From contig CAZKSJ010000003.1 in assembly GCA_964555515.1 (NCBI GenBank), positions 6,486 to 62,536 on the forward strand: 56,051 bases of DNA. The letters are read 5' to 3'. This stretch comes from an uncultured Pseudomonadales bacterium (GTDB lineage Bacteria > Patescibacteriota > Microgenomatia > UBA1400 > PJMF01). Below the pieces are notes generated by a model, which made no database searches, was not told the DNA's origin, and was given only the letters and a program-made list of their open reading frames with translations. The translations under genes were made by a program, and so were the position numbers. Below, piece after piece: positions 38,301-46,531 of the stretch (position 1 is its first letter; each line of letters begins with the position of its first letter).

Positions 38301-40325
38301 TTTTGTGACCATAGTGGTCAAGGCCACGATTTAATATTTTCAGGGACAGCTGGTGGTTACACCAATAGCGGCAAATTTGATAAAGCATTCAATGGCACAG
38401 GTTCAGTCTGGGCTTCCATTAGTGATGCAAATAGTACAGATGAATACGATTTTGCTGCACCAGACTCGTTTTCCATTTCTGGCTGGATCAGATCTGACAG
38501 TGCTTCTAATCCTGGCGGTAATGAATACATTATCAATAAAGCTAATGCTACCACCGCTGGATATGGTGTATATGCCAATTCCTCCGGACAAGTCTGTTTT
38601 GGGATTGATGACGACACAACTTGGGGACCAGACATAGGTGTATGCAGTGTGGCTAGTTTATATGATCAAATTTGGTATCATTTTGTAGCAACCAGAGACA
38701 CCACCTTAGATGAATTAACAATGTATGTTAATGGTTTGCCCATTAAAACTGCCAAAGATACAACTAGTGCCACTCTTGAAAACTCACTTGCTTTTTATGT
38801 TACAGACCGGGATGGGACAGACAATGGTGATGAATTTAACGGTGATATTGATGAATTAAGGGTCTATCGCTATGCGCTCCAACCAAGTGAAGTGCTCGTG
38901 GATTATAACCAAGGTAAGGCGGCGGTGATGGGATCACTATCCCAAGACACGAGTGGTGATGGTTTGAACTCTGCTGCTTCTGAATATTGCCCCCCAGGCA
39001 ACAGCGATGCGTGTGTAGCTCCTATTGCAGAGTGGAAGATGGACGAAAAGACGGGGACGAATGTTAATGATACGAGTGGTAATAATTACACTGCCGCCTT
39101 CACTGGCACCCCCACTTGGGCAACCGGCAAATATGGCTCTGCCCTAAATTTTCCTGGCAGTGACAGTCACTATGCAGAAACGGCATCAAATGTGACTCCC
39201 AGTAGCACGATCAGCATGAGTTTCTGGATGAAGTCTACCTCCACTTCTACTACTCAAGTCCTGCTTGATTGGCGGCTAGGGAGGGTATGCAGGATTGGGG
39301 GGGTGACGGCCAACAAAATTAACTGCATGGTAGATGACAGCTCATCTGGGTCTGCCACATCTACTACATCGGTCAATGATGGCAAGTGGCATCATGTGGT
39401 GTTAACTAGTACCGCTAATGCTCAAATTTTATACATTGATGGCAAGCCTGAAGGAACTGCGACTGAGACTTTGAGCACAACAACTGGTGTGGTTTATCTT
39501 GGTAGAGCAACCTCAGCCACCTATCCATACGATGGATTATTAGACAACGTGCGGTTGTATAACTATGTGCGCACACCTGAGCAAATTGCTTGGGAATATA
39601 ACCAAGGTGCGCCGGTAGCGTGGTATAAATTTGATGAGTGTGCTGACACCACAGCTTATAACTCGGCGGTTGATGGTAATGGTGATGCGGCGGGATTGGA
39701 CGGCACTATCACTCCAGGAGACACGACAGGCACTAATGACAGTGTGGGCACCTGCAGCTCAGGCAATGGCGATGAAATGTGGGACAATGGCACTGTTGGA
39801 AAATATTCTGGCAGCTTAGATTTTGATGGAACTAATGATTATGTGACAATTGCTTCACCGGGATTACCATCAGGAGACTTTACTTATTCAGTATGGTTTT
39901 ACCATTCAGCCAACAGCAGCGATACTATACTTTATGCTGGGGATGGAGCTGGTGGCAATGAAATGAAGATAGATCGACCGGCTAGCAATGAAGTGAGAGT
40001 ACGGTTGAACGGTTCAGCTGCTTGCTTAGGTGGACCTGTGCCGGAAACAAACACATGGAATCATTTTATGGTGACCCGGACAGGAAGTGCAGTACAGGGA
40101 TATTTAAATGGCGTACCTTCGTGTTCAGGAATTTCAGCAGCAACATTAAACTTTGGCTCATGTCCACTTTTGATAGGTGCAGATGATTCATCAACAGCTT
40201 GTGATCACACTGGTATCAGTGAGGTTTGGGATGGTCAGATTGATGAAGTAAAAATTTTTAACCACGCGCTCACCCCACAACAAGTGCAACTAGAATATAA
40301 TGGAGGCGCGGTGAGATTTAATTAA
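32379..40325 (+). CDS. Giant surface adhesin (2648 aa): Asp-box propeller, beta-helix stalk, six LamG domains
   Basis: STNGGASW and STNDGSSW Asp-boxes; G/T/N-rich beta-helical repeats; six W(K/Q)(F/M)D(E/Q)-type...D(E/D/N)(V/L)(K/R) LamG units. Confidence 0.88.
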   Translation: MRKMTKIFNVLFLTLLLVISNVPYGFFDYLTNQWSSRGIVDELWLSQHDSSVIDSFMPRQVDAAEASIDTTAGSTVDYHQGSGKNIVCVDDTDCYVFYVNSDSDLEYQRSTNGGASWGGTSTQMQADTILGISVWYDQWTPGDTSGTLVHIAYIDGSPDVIYYAYFNTANQTFSAPDATVISTTYPQGTLAAANMVTITKAIGGDLFIGTVDATAPTSPASFIHKCNGTCTTDSNWTSTSLPNPWTNTGSNVDNNHALLMLPLSDTTLHDAGDVMLVSHDIAAHVVEYKYYDDSANSWSGDFTSLGSSTDSTTYDAALGGTVNPNTGELYITYVYNPGTANTSEVLAWKYHDADGAGAGNDAWSQLTDPWDNSTDAASIIIDTNIGIDTNTDDLYVAYIRADSTATANDVYYRVSTNDGSSWGTETLLSSGTDRTHIAISLDASSPERLYGVWFASSAMYGNLIADLSAGITITGTFHGTSESGGDPGQCDGATENLSLRVDGGTAVTTTCADTTGTFSFTGISAGQGDTITIYSTGADKANRVYVSDGTDDSGMDIYEDRVAIGDENDGTVTNADLADYDNGGVEGTNDMLFDVDGSNNLTVDSGKELHIHTGDTFSPGSNVTTPKLHVTTSATYSGSSETLTLTGSGTTTDRPLYIDGGTFTAPATTVFQGTSATDIESTTFNALTFSPTITGSVTYTFLGAETINGNFTINPTAASTQLLTVNAGGTITVGASYTTTLSGTTSGTSTLDLRPSAADYNLSSGLINIGAAGTLDASSTTTSTITLTGTSGTLFTRSGVFTAGGSTIIFNGDGSPTALTSGTFQTTNAFNNLTLTPAISSAGRTYAFGSGAIAVGGDLTIQPSGTQLLTVNMAGDITVTDTLSITRSNTATSKLVTGASNPALSAGDINVATGGTLDGTGSTSTITLTENGTPLVIGGTYTPGNTTIAYVPAGTSGVTVTNSTYYNVTFNKASNTFSLTTGGITVSNDLTIIAGVLDAVSGSNYPITVGRNWTNTPGTGGFLPQNGTVTFNTTTTAEITGATNFYNFTAATAGKTLKFGDATTFTINGLFTLTGAAGPSYVTLDSVSGGTSQWTINHQGTESITYASVKNSACDGSSTQIDASDVSNYDAGNNGTCWLFPSLTPSAVDFSMWKFDEGYGDTAYDSDASAFNGTLSGTTKPTWQTEDLCVFEKCLYFEGSTAYVDVGDVDTVKTVSFWARPISTTTSFVQLSTSAYISASSGTLSATGFTEPTFYVNGQPSKTIVANRWQHIVVTTSTGVTADAVQFGKQNSSYFTGFLDEVKLMADTYSAAEVRGDYTANGAQGPVSASFGGGGGGNNAWLSDGLVGYWQMDQEIVSAGYPEVASKGTTYNSASDTTDHVVDLPDSISAGDLLMIFVAADGNASWTWPGDWDVIIDTDSGGSSHIEVGYKTATGSDGTSITITSSSAESATAFSWRITGWDGTTPPEGTTYVAPALGDNPDPPSHTASWGSDNNLWIAFSGTNGGKDGTSVYPYPDNNENAENSTSGGNIASDEVTTATQNPGTFTETYINYWVAATIVIRPESSSTITDFSGNNITLNNNGGVTSVTGKFGNGSEYVPASTQYLSTTTEINDVKSISFWVNPDSTTNYYLALTSSAYITSSGGQFALTGFGGADIYVNGKPSTTIEASNWSLVTITSLTSINANQFYLGRQDTNYFDGTMDEVRLYNRVLSPAEVAALYEHAPGPVAHWKMDENVGSYAYDSSTNNLTATLTNAGWNLGKFGSGVKTTDANSVQEYVSLLDQNTLDFTNAQNYSLSGWVKVESQENTVAILMNKGGTSTSTAGYDMYVSTNYRCGYTDGDGSGVDYAESSVAADSNWHHVSCVMDRDGVATGIVGLHIFVDGVLSGSDTTLTEGDGGTGNSSSFVIGEHSTTYEYTSSIDDVKIYNYARTPKQIIQDMNGGHPAVGSPVGSPVGYWKFDEGSLNMCSGGSNDFCDHSGQGHDLIFSGTAGGYTNSGKFDKAFNGTGSVWASISDANSTDEYDFAAPDSFSISGWIRSDSASNPGGNEYIINKANATTAGYGVYANSSGQVCFGIDDDTTWGPDIGVCSVASLYDQIWYHFVATRDTTLDELTMYVNGLPIKTAKDTTSATLENSLAFYVTDRDGTDNGDEFNGDIDELRVYRYALQPSEVLVDYNQGKAAVMGSLSQDTSGDGLNSAASEYCPPGNSDACVAPIAEWKMDEKTGTNVNDTSGNNYTAAFTGTPTWATGKYGSALNFPGSDSHYAETASNVTPSSTISMSFWMKSTSTSTTQVLLDWRLGRVCRIGGVTANKINCMVDDSSSGSATSTTSVNDGKWHHVVLTSTANAQILYIDGKPEGTATETLSTTTGVVYLGRATSATYPYDGLLDNVRLYNYVRTPEQIAWEYNQGAPVAWYKFDECADTTAYNSAVDGNGDAAGLDGTITPGDTTGTNDSVGTCSSGNGDEMWDNGTVGKYSGSLDFDGTNDYVTIASPGLPSGDFTYSVWFYHSANSSDTILYAGDGAGGNEMKIDRPASNEVRVRLNGSAACLGGPVPETNTWNHFMVTRTGSAVQGYLNGVPSCSGISAATLNFGSCPLLIGADDSSTACDHTGISEVWDGQIDEVKIFNHALTPQQVQLEYNGGAVRFN

Positions 40326-40333
40326 ACACATTT

Positions 40334-40801
40334 ATGATGAACTTAGCCGTGCCATTACCAGCACCACCATCACCTAAAAAATCTAAAAAGGGTTTCTTTG
40401 GGCGGCAAAATTGGCTGCCAAGCATTAGAACTAGTGCCAACTCATCAGAGATCATTTTGCCAAAAGTGCCCATTGCCTTGGGTTTATTAGTTGCTTTGTT
40501 GGTAGTTGGTTGGTATTTGTTGACAACTAAAATGAATACTGCCAAGCAGCCTCCGGCCAAAATGATGGCAGAGATTGAAGCGCTGATTGATTTGCCAACA
40601 GAACAGCCGCAGATTGCGGTGGTATCTGATGTAGAGAAGTTGAACCAGCCGTTTTTTGCGGACGCAAAAAACGGCGATTACGTGATTGTTTATCAGCAAG
40701 CGGGGAAAGTGCTGTTGTACAGACCAGCCACTCATAAGGTTATCAATTTTGCCAACATCCAGATCCCCACTTCAGCAACAGAGACATTTATTCAACCATA
40801 G
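40334..40801 (+). CDS. Conserved membrane-anchored hypothetical protein
   Basis: TM then LIDLPTEQPQIAVVSDVEKL.QPFFADAKNGD...LYRP, a pattern I associate with CPR LytR-C-associated proteins. Confidence 0.65.
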   Translation: MMNLAVPLPAPPSPKKSKKGFFGRQNWLPSIRTSANSSEIILPKVPIALGLLVALLVVGWYLLTTKMNTAKQPPAKMMAEIEALIDLPTEQPQIAVVSDVEKLNQPFFADAKNGDYVIVYQQAGKVLLYRPATHKVINFANIQIPTSATETFIQP

Positions 40802-40812
40802 TCCTGTTCTGG

Positions 40813-43671
40813 CTATGCATCACTCAAAGGCACAGCCTTTGGCTTAGCCAGAGGGTGCAGCAAATGAGTGGCGGTGTAAAAGGTCCAGACTAGTAAATTA
40901 ACCGCTCCAATCAAAATAAAAGGTGTGACTTCCCACCACTCAAAAGAACTGATGAACAACCACTGTCCAGCTAGCAGCAGTAGTAGCAATATTTCAAAGC
41001 TGGTGCCAAGTAAAAATTCGATGCTAAGTTTGAGATTATTTGCTGCATTGGTTTCTCCAATTGGCTCAAGTTCAAACAGATAAGCTTTTCTAGACAACCC
41101 CTCTGGTACGGCAAAGACTTTGGATTGATAGCCATCGGCAGCAATATTGATTGAGGTTACCGTATCTTGAAAACTGAAATGAAAATAACCGTTGGCCATG
41201 GTGTTTTGGTAACTTAAGACGCTACCCTGGTCACCCACCAAACTGACTTTGGCTTGGGCAATGGGCTGGTTTGACTGATCGTTAATGACTTTGCCATGAA
41301 GTTGGCGGACTTCCGATTTTCCACCAAACAAAGTTCTAAAACGATTTTTGACATATGAAGGTAATTGACTTACTGATAAATGAGTGCGTGCCCTTAAAGA
41401 TAAAAACAGCAGCAGAGACAAAAAACTCAAGCTGGCAAAACTGACTAAATGATAAATGCTACGTGAATTCTTGAGAGTTGTCAGGACAGGGCTAGTTTGG
41501 TCAAGCAGCCGTTGTAATGAAACTTGGTAGTACTGCGCTAGTTCGCCTATAGAAAATATCGAAAATTTCTTTTTGGCCATCAAAATTTCTGGATAATCTT
41601 GCAAGCCTGTTTCAGAAAGAGCGAATTCTTGAACAACAGTTTGATAGTTGGGTGAAGAAACAGTCACCCGATATTGGCCAAAAGGCAGCACCAGCGGCAC
41701 GACGCCATCCACGCCACTTTTAAATTGACTAGTCAGACCAAAGGCATGAGGATCAATTGTTTGGTAAAGCTGGCTAGTTGGATTCCAGCGCTCAACCACG
41801 ATTGTAGAATTTTCCACTGGATGTTTTGTATTGGAATCAAGAATGATGAGGGGATTGACCACTTTGAGTTGTGCAAATTCCCAAACGCGTTTATTGCCAG
41901 TCACATCTTCTAAATCTAGATTTAGACTATACCAACCCAATTGTTCAAAATTGTTCAGCCGAACTAGATATTTATGATCACCAATGGGTGTGATGGGTAA
42001 TTGAGTGGTGGAGGAGATTGCTTGATTAGTTCTAGCATCATGATTTGTCTGCGCAGTGATGATTAATTTAACCTGACTTAGTGCAATATTTGATGGCACG
42101 GTGACGATCAACTCATACGGCAATCGTTGTGGAACCACCATGGCAGTTAGTTTTGGCATCTGACCAGTCACGGTTTGGCTGACAGCGATGGGTAATCCTT
42201 GATGGGTGAATTGCAGGCCGATTTGGTCGAATCCCTCAACTGCTTCTTGAGCCGTGGTCACCAAATAAATGTCAGATGTGCTGCTGATGCCATTCTCATT
42301 GGTCGCAATTAACTGAAAATAATAGGGAGTGTTGGTGGTCAAATCTGATAAGGAGATTGAGTGAGCTGCAGATAATCCCGCTGTGGTTACTTCCGAGTTC
42401 AATTGTTGGGGAGACAAACCATATTTTGTTACAACTTGCACTGGTTGAGAATAAAGCACGGTAAAAGTGGCTGCGGTTGCTGAAATCTGCTGGATAGTGA
42501 GCGATTGGAGGACGGGCGCTGCAGTTGAGGTCGTGGGTGTGGTGGGTGCAGTTGCAACAGAGGTCGGGGTTGGGGTTGGCGTGGGAGTAGTGGTTGTGGT
42601 TGAGGTGCTGGTTGACGGCGTAGCTGTGGAGGTTGGCGTGGGGGTAGCAGTTGGGCTTGGCGTAGGTGTGGGCGGTGGTTGGTAGCTATATTGATGTGTA
42701 ACCGTTGATGGTAGAGACACCACCGGGTCTGTAATTGCCGCAGAAACATTAAAATATACGGTCTGACTACCCGTGTAGTTGGGTAGAGTTTTGAGTTTGA
42801 AAGTCACTTCTTGAGTACCAGCTGCTTGCGAAAAGGCAGGAATTTCCCAAATGATCTTGCGATTGACGACATCAATCACTGGATCAGTACTGCCGTACCC
42901 GTGTGAAGCAGAGCCAGATACGTACTCAACAATTTCAATGATGGGGACACCATCAAGGCCTACTTTTCCTAGTTCCCAACTTGACTCAAGGGTAATGGGA
43001 CTAGTGTTGACGTAATCTGTGGAGTAAGTGAGCGAATAGCTTACTTCAGTATCTTGTGGTAGTTGGCTAGTTGTGGATGGTGTGAGTTCAACGTGTAGAT
43101 CTTGGGAAGTGGGGCCAACCTGAGCAGTAATGGAAATTTGATCATTACTCACCACGTCCACAGCGACGTTGCTTGATTCGGAAAGACTAGCACCTGCCCA
43201 TAACGCTAGCTGCCAAACTTGCTCACTAGAAGGAACCGTCGCTGGTGTAGAAGTGACCCCGCCAGTGACAAAGAAACCATATTTTAAGCCTGGCGTCAGA
43301 TCTGAAATGGGGAAGGTGATGGTTTGACTATTGACCGATGTGGCAGTACCAATGCCAGGCATGGCTAAAGTATCAGCAGGCAAAAATGTAGTAGAAACTG
43401 AGTAATCACTAGCAGTAACTGAAATTGTCCAACCACTCGGTACAGTAACTCTGAGCTCATCTTCAGCAACTGCTTCTTCACTAACAAGAGTGATTAACAC
43501 TGGCAGTGGGCTGGTGTTGCTTGTCTGGCTACTGAGTCGGATGGAAGCGTTACTGATCGCTAAGGCGGGTGGTGCCTGATACAAAAAGATCCAACTCATG
43601 AGCGAGATGACCAACAACGCCAGCAGGAATGTTTTCCAACGACAACAAAATCGCATTCGATCTATCCGCAT
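40813..43671 (-). CDS. Membrane-anchored multidomain surface protein (Pro/Thr linker, FN3, carboxypeptidase-regulatory-like domains)
   Basis: Signal peptide; N-domain similar to 21944..22963; PTPTP linker; LSDLTTNTPYYFQL; three TM segments in the C-terminal third. Confidence 0.8.
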   Translation of the reverse strand: MRIDRMRFCCRWKTFLLALLVISLMSWIFLYQAPPALAISNASIRLSSQTSNTSPLPVLITLVSEEAVAEDELRVTVPSGWTISVTASDYSVSTTFLPADTLAMPGIGTATSVNSQTITFPISDLTPGLKYGFFVTGGVTSTPATVPSSEQVWQLALWAGASLSESSNVAVDVVSNDQISITAQVGPTSQDLHVELTPSTTSQLPQDTEVSYSLTYSTDYVNTSPITLESSWELGKVGLDGVPIIEIVEYVSGSASHGYGSTDPVIDVVNRKIIWEIPAFSQAAGTQEVTFKLKTLPNYTGSQTVYFNVSAAITDPVVSLPSTVTHQYSYQPPPTPTPSPTATPTPTSTATPSTSTSTTTTTPTPTPTPTSVATAPTTPTTSTAAPVLQSLTIQQISATAATFTVLYSQPVQVVTKYGLSPQQLNSEVTTAGLSAAHSISLSDLTTNTPYYFQLIATNENGISSTSDIYLVTTAQEAVEGFDQIGLQFTHQGLPIAVSQTVTGQMPKLTAMVVPQRLPYELIVTVPSNIALSQVKLIITAQTNHDARTNQAISSTTQLPITPIGDHKYLVRLNNFEQLGWYSLNLDLEDVTGNKRVWEFAQLKVVNPLIILDSNTKHPVENSTIVVERWNPTSQLYQTIDPHAFGLTSQFKSGVDGVVPLVLPFGQYRVTVSSPNYQTVVQEFALSETGLQDYPEILMAKKKFSIFSIGELAQYYQVSLQRLLDQTSPVLTTLKNSRSIYHLVSFASLSFLSLLLFLSLRARTHLSVSQLPSYVKNRFRTLFGGKSEVRQLHGKVINDQSNQPIAQAKVSLVGDQGSVLSYQNTMANGYFHFSFQDTVTSINIAADGYQSKVFAVPEGLSRKAYLFELEPIGETNAANNLKLSIEFLLGTSFEILLLLLLAGQWLFISSFEWWEVTPFILIGAVNLLVWTFYTATHLLHPLAKPKAVPLSDA

Positions 43672-43754
43672 TAATACACTTTTTCTCTAGATAGATCATG
43701 ACAGAACAAGCCTATGTATGGCAAGAGTGGGTTATCAATTTTTGCCTAGAAAAA

Positions 43755-44477
43755 TTAGCCTTGTGCCAGTAGCTGAGCTTTTCTTGAGCAAGCTGGCCAA
43801 GCGCCGTAACCATCACGTGACATTTTGAAGGCAGCCGTTTTGATCGCTTCTTCCGCATTAAATCTTAAGTTAGGATCTGGATCTAAGCCCATTGCTCGGC
43901 GATTACTCTGCCAAGTGCTACTCACAAACTGAAACATGCCGCCATAAGCGTTGTTGACTGCACCAGCATTAAAGCCAGATTCACAGTGGGCGATATCCTT
44001 TAACATCTGGCTAGAAATGCCATACTGCTCGGCATACTGCTGGAATAGCTGATCATAGTTTGAAGCCGGCACACTAGGAGGGGGTGATTTTGCTTGTACC
44101 ACTTTGGCCTCTGTTGAATCAGCAGTCTTGCGTGATAAATCACCGTCGTTTTTAACCTGTTTAACCTGAGGCTTGTACAACTCCACAGACGAAGTGTGAT
44201 CAATCACCTCTTGAGGGTCTACTGTCAATCTGACTGGCTCCTGCCTGTCAGCTGCTGGCGCAGCATCTATCGCCTCTTCTGCCAATTGGTAGTCAGCTCC
44301 TTGAAGATCGAAATGATTGTTGATCGGTAATTGCCAGATTAGCTGGTAGTTTTGGCGATCATAATACATGACTGGAGAAGCTTGATGATCCACTGCACTG
44401 ACAGGACTGACCGAGTTTAATAACAACCCCCAGCTGATCACCACCACCCACGCCAATTTAGAAAATAATAATTTCAT
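43755..44477 (-). CDS. Secreted lytic transglycosylase (SLT/Rpf-like)
   Basis: IAHCESG (catalytic Glu), YGGMFQF..STW, GAWPAC; signal peptide. Confidence 0.85.
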   Translation of the reverse strand: MKLLFSKLAWVVVISWGLLLNSVSPVSAVDHQASPVMYYDRQNYQLIWQLPINNHFDLQGADYQLAEEAIDAAPAADRQEPVRLTVDPQEVIDHTSSVELYKPQVKQVKNDGDLSRKTADSTEAKVVQAKSPPPSVPASNYDQLFQQYAEQYGISSQMLKDIAHCESGFNAGAVNNAYGGMFQFVSSTWQSNRRAMGLDPDPNLRFNAEEAIKTAAFKMSRDGYGAWPACSRKAQLLAQG

Positions 44478-44527
44478 ATAAATCACCTTTTTGTTTGGGG
44501 AAATGTCTGATGATACAGACTGACGTG

Positions 44528-44556
44528 ATTATATCTATTATTAAGCCAAATGTCAA
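44528..44556 (-). promoter_or_regulatory. Perfect-consensus sigma70 promoter for the transglycosylase
   Basis: TTGACA-N17-TATAAT on minus strand. Confidence 0.8.
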
Positions 44557-44592
44557 TATGTAATGAGTAAATAAATTACTCAATTAGCCTGG

Positions 44593-44729
44593 TGAAGGCC
44601 TTTCATTTCATCCCGCCTTGGCGGAAAACGCCGATTGTGAAATCGGGGATATAAGCCAAGAAAAGCCACGGCGGGATTCCGCCAATAAAAGCCAACAACC
44701 CCGATCGTAAGGTTCAGGGAGAGGCTTCA
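44593..44729. repeat. Cluster of GC-rich hairpins; possible non-autonomous IS200/IS605-type or REP-like element
   Basis: CCGCC-TT-GGCGG, CCGATT-GTGA-AATCGG, GGCGG-GATT-CCGCC, CCCCGATC-GTAA-GGTTCAGGG; ends TGAAG(G)CCT...AGGCTTCA. Confidence 0.45.
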
Positions 44730-44744
44730 TGTTACAATCTGGTC

Positions 44745-45296
44745 ATGCCTTCATTACTTGATTATGCCGCTAAACGCTGTTTAACCGCTGCCGGCATGTT
44801 AATCTACCAAAAGCAGGTGCTACTTATCAAGCACAAAAAACTTGGTGTTTGGCTTTGCCCAGGAGGTCACGTTGACCCCAATGAGTTACCTCACCAAGCA
44901 GCAGAAAGAGAGTTTGCGGAAGAAACTGGTTTGCAAGTGGTTGCGTTTGATCCATATTACCAGTATCAAGGCAAAGATTCAGAGTATTATCCATCACCCA
45001 TTGAAACAAATCTGCACTGGGTTTGCCAGGAAAATTATCGGCGCAGAATTAAATCACCAGATAATTATCGACCAGTCAAAACTTGGGCAAAGGGTTGCGA
45101 GCAGCATCTAGGCTTGGTTTATCTGCTCAAACCTGCTCATCAAGAAGTACTGAAGCTGAATCCCAATCGGCGTGAAGTGGATGAGATTGGTTGGTTTTCG
45201 CTGAATGAAGTCAACAAACTAGAGTTATCCCCAGATATTAAGCAGCAAATCAAGCATGGCTTTGAGTTAATGGCGGCTGGAGAAGCCGGTCAGTAG
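44745..45296 (+). CDS. NUDIX hydrolase
   Basis: Nudix box GGHVDPNELPHQAAEREFAEETG. Confidence 0.9.
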   Translation: MPSLLDYAAKRCLTAAGMLIYQKQVLLIKHKKLGVWLCPGGHVDPNELPHQAAEREFAEETGLQVVAFDPYYQYQGKDSEYYPSPIETNLHWVCQENYRRRIKSPDNYRPVKTWAKGCEQHLGLVYLLKPAHQEVLKLNPNRREVDEIGWFSLNEVNKLELSPDIKQQIKHGFELMAAGEAGQ

Positions 45297-45354
45297 AAAA
45301 ATTTGGTACAATGCCAGTCTTAATCAGTCTTTGCGAAAAGTATCCACAATTAAG

Positions 45355-46131
45355 ATGCATCATAAGTCTTCATTTAAAATCATGGATTTGCAGGTCGCCG
45401 TCCAAGACAAGTTGATTGTGAAAGGCGTTTCCTTGTCAATTAAGCCCAGTGAGGTTCATGCGGTGATGGGCCCCAATGGTTCTGGCAAAAGTACGTTGGC
45501 CAATGCGCTCTGCGGACATCCGTCATACCAAGTAAAGAAGGGTCAGATCAAGCTTGATGATCTAGAATTGCTTGAGCTTTCTCCAGATGAAAGAGCACGA
45601 GCAGGCTTATTTTTAGCTTTCCAATATCCGGTGGAAGTGCCAGGTGTGTCGGTGCAAAATTTTTTAAAAAGAGCATATGAAGCCAGGTTTTCGGCACAAC
45701 CGGATCGGCTTTTTAAGCGAGTGATTGATTTTCGACAGTATTTACAGCAAAAGGCGGACGAGTTTCAAATTGATCAAGCTTTTTTGAGCAGGGGTTTGAA
45801 TGAAAATTTTAGTGGCGGCGAGAAAAAACAGCTGGAAATCTTGCAGATGGCCGTGCTTGAACCCAAGTACGCCATTTTGGATGAAACCGATTCTGGTCTT
45901 GATATCGATGCCATTAAAAAAGTTGCAGCTGGGGTTCAGCGCGTGATTGAACTGCACCAAACTGGAGTGTTGGTCATCACCCATTACCAGAGGATTTTGG
46001 ATTTTCTCAAACCTGAGATTGTACACGTGATGATTGATGGTAAGATAAAGAAAACTGGTGGGATCGAACTGGTACATATTTTGGAAAAAGAAGGTTACCA
46101 ACAGCGGTTTGTTAAAAGAAAGAGCTCATGA
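45355..46131 (+). CDS. sufC: Fe-S cluster assembly ATPase SufC
   Basis: MGPNGSGKST, GLFLAFQYPVEVPGV, FSGGEKK, LDETDSGLDIDA, ITHYQRIL; exact start uncertain. Confidence 0.96.
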   Translation: MHHKSSFKIMDLQVAVQDKLIVKGVSLSIKPSEVHAVMGPNGSGKSTLANALCGHPSYQVKKGQIKLDDLELLELSPDERARAGLFLAFQYPVEVPGVSVQNFLKRAYEARFSAQPDRLFKRVIDFRQYLQQKADEFQIDQAFLSRGLNENFSGGEKKQLEILQMAVLEPKYAILDETDSGLDIDAIKKVAAGVQRVIELHQTGVLVITHYQRILDFLKPEIVHVMIDGKIKKTGGIELVHILEKEGYQQRFVKRKSS

Positions 46132-46502
46132 TTCCTTATCTTTCTGAACATGAACCAATCTCTAAGCCGGATCAATTCCAACTCAACTCAGAAGAGCAGC
46201 TAGTCTTGGTTGAGCACCTTGGTCTGCTTTTTACTTGTGAAGCGATCAACGACGCGAGTTCAGCAGCAGCGATGCTTGCTAATTGGTATGAAAAAGAATA
46301 CTCCATTCCGGATTTGATCAGTTACCTTGGTTCTCCATATACGGCTAATCTATTGACCAATAACTTATGGGATAATCGAGCATATCTAGATTGGTCTTTG
46401 GTGAGAGGAATTGATGCAAACGTTGGATTCACACAGTTAGATGATTTTGTCCATCACAAAATTGCAGAGCTCATTTATTACTTACGTGCAGGTATGATGT
46501 AA
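46128..46502 (+). CDS. Hypothetical protein
   Basis: 124-aa ORF with ATGA overlap to sufC. Confidence 0.6.
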   Translation: MIPYLSEHEPISKPDQFQLNSEEQLVLVEHLGLLFTCEAINDASSAAAMLANWYEKEYSIPDLISYLGSPYTANLLTNNLWDNRAYLDWSLVRGIDANVGFTQLDDFVHHKIAELIYYLRAGMM

Positions 46503-46531
46503 GGGAAATTTATGACGGCAGAGGTTCACAT

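Noticed and set aside
45340-45348. DnaA box (GTATCCACA)
   Set aside because: Single imperfect copy with no cluster or origin context
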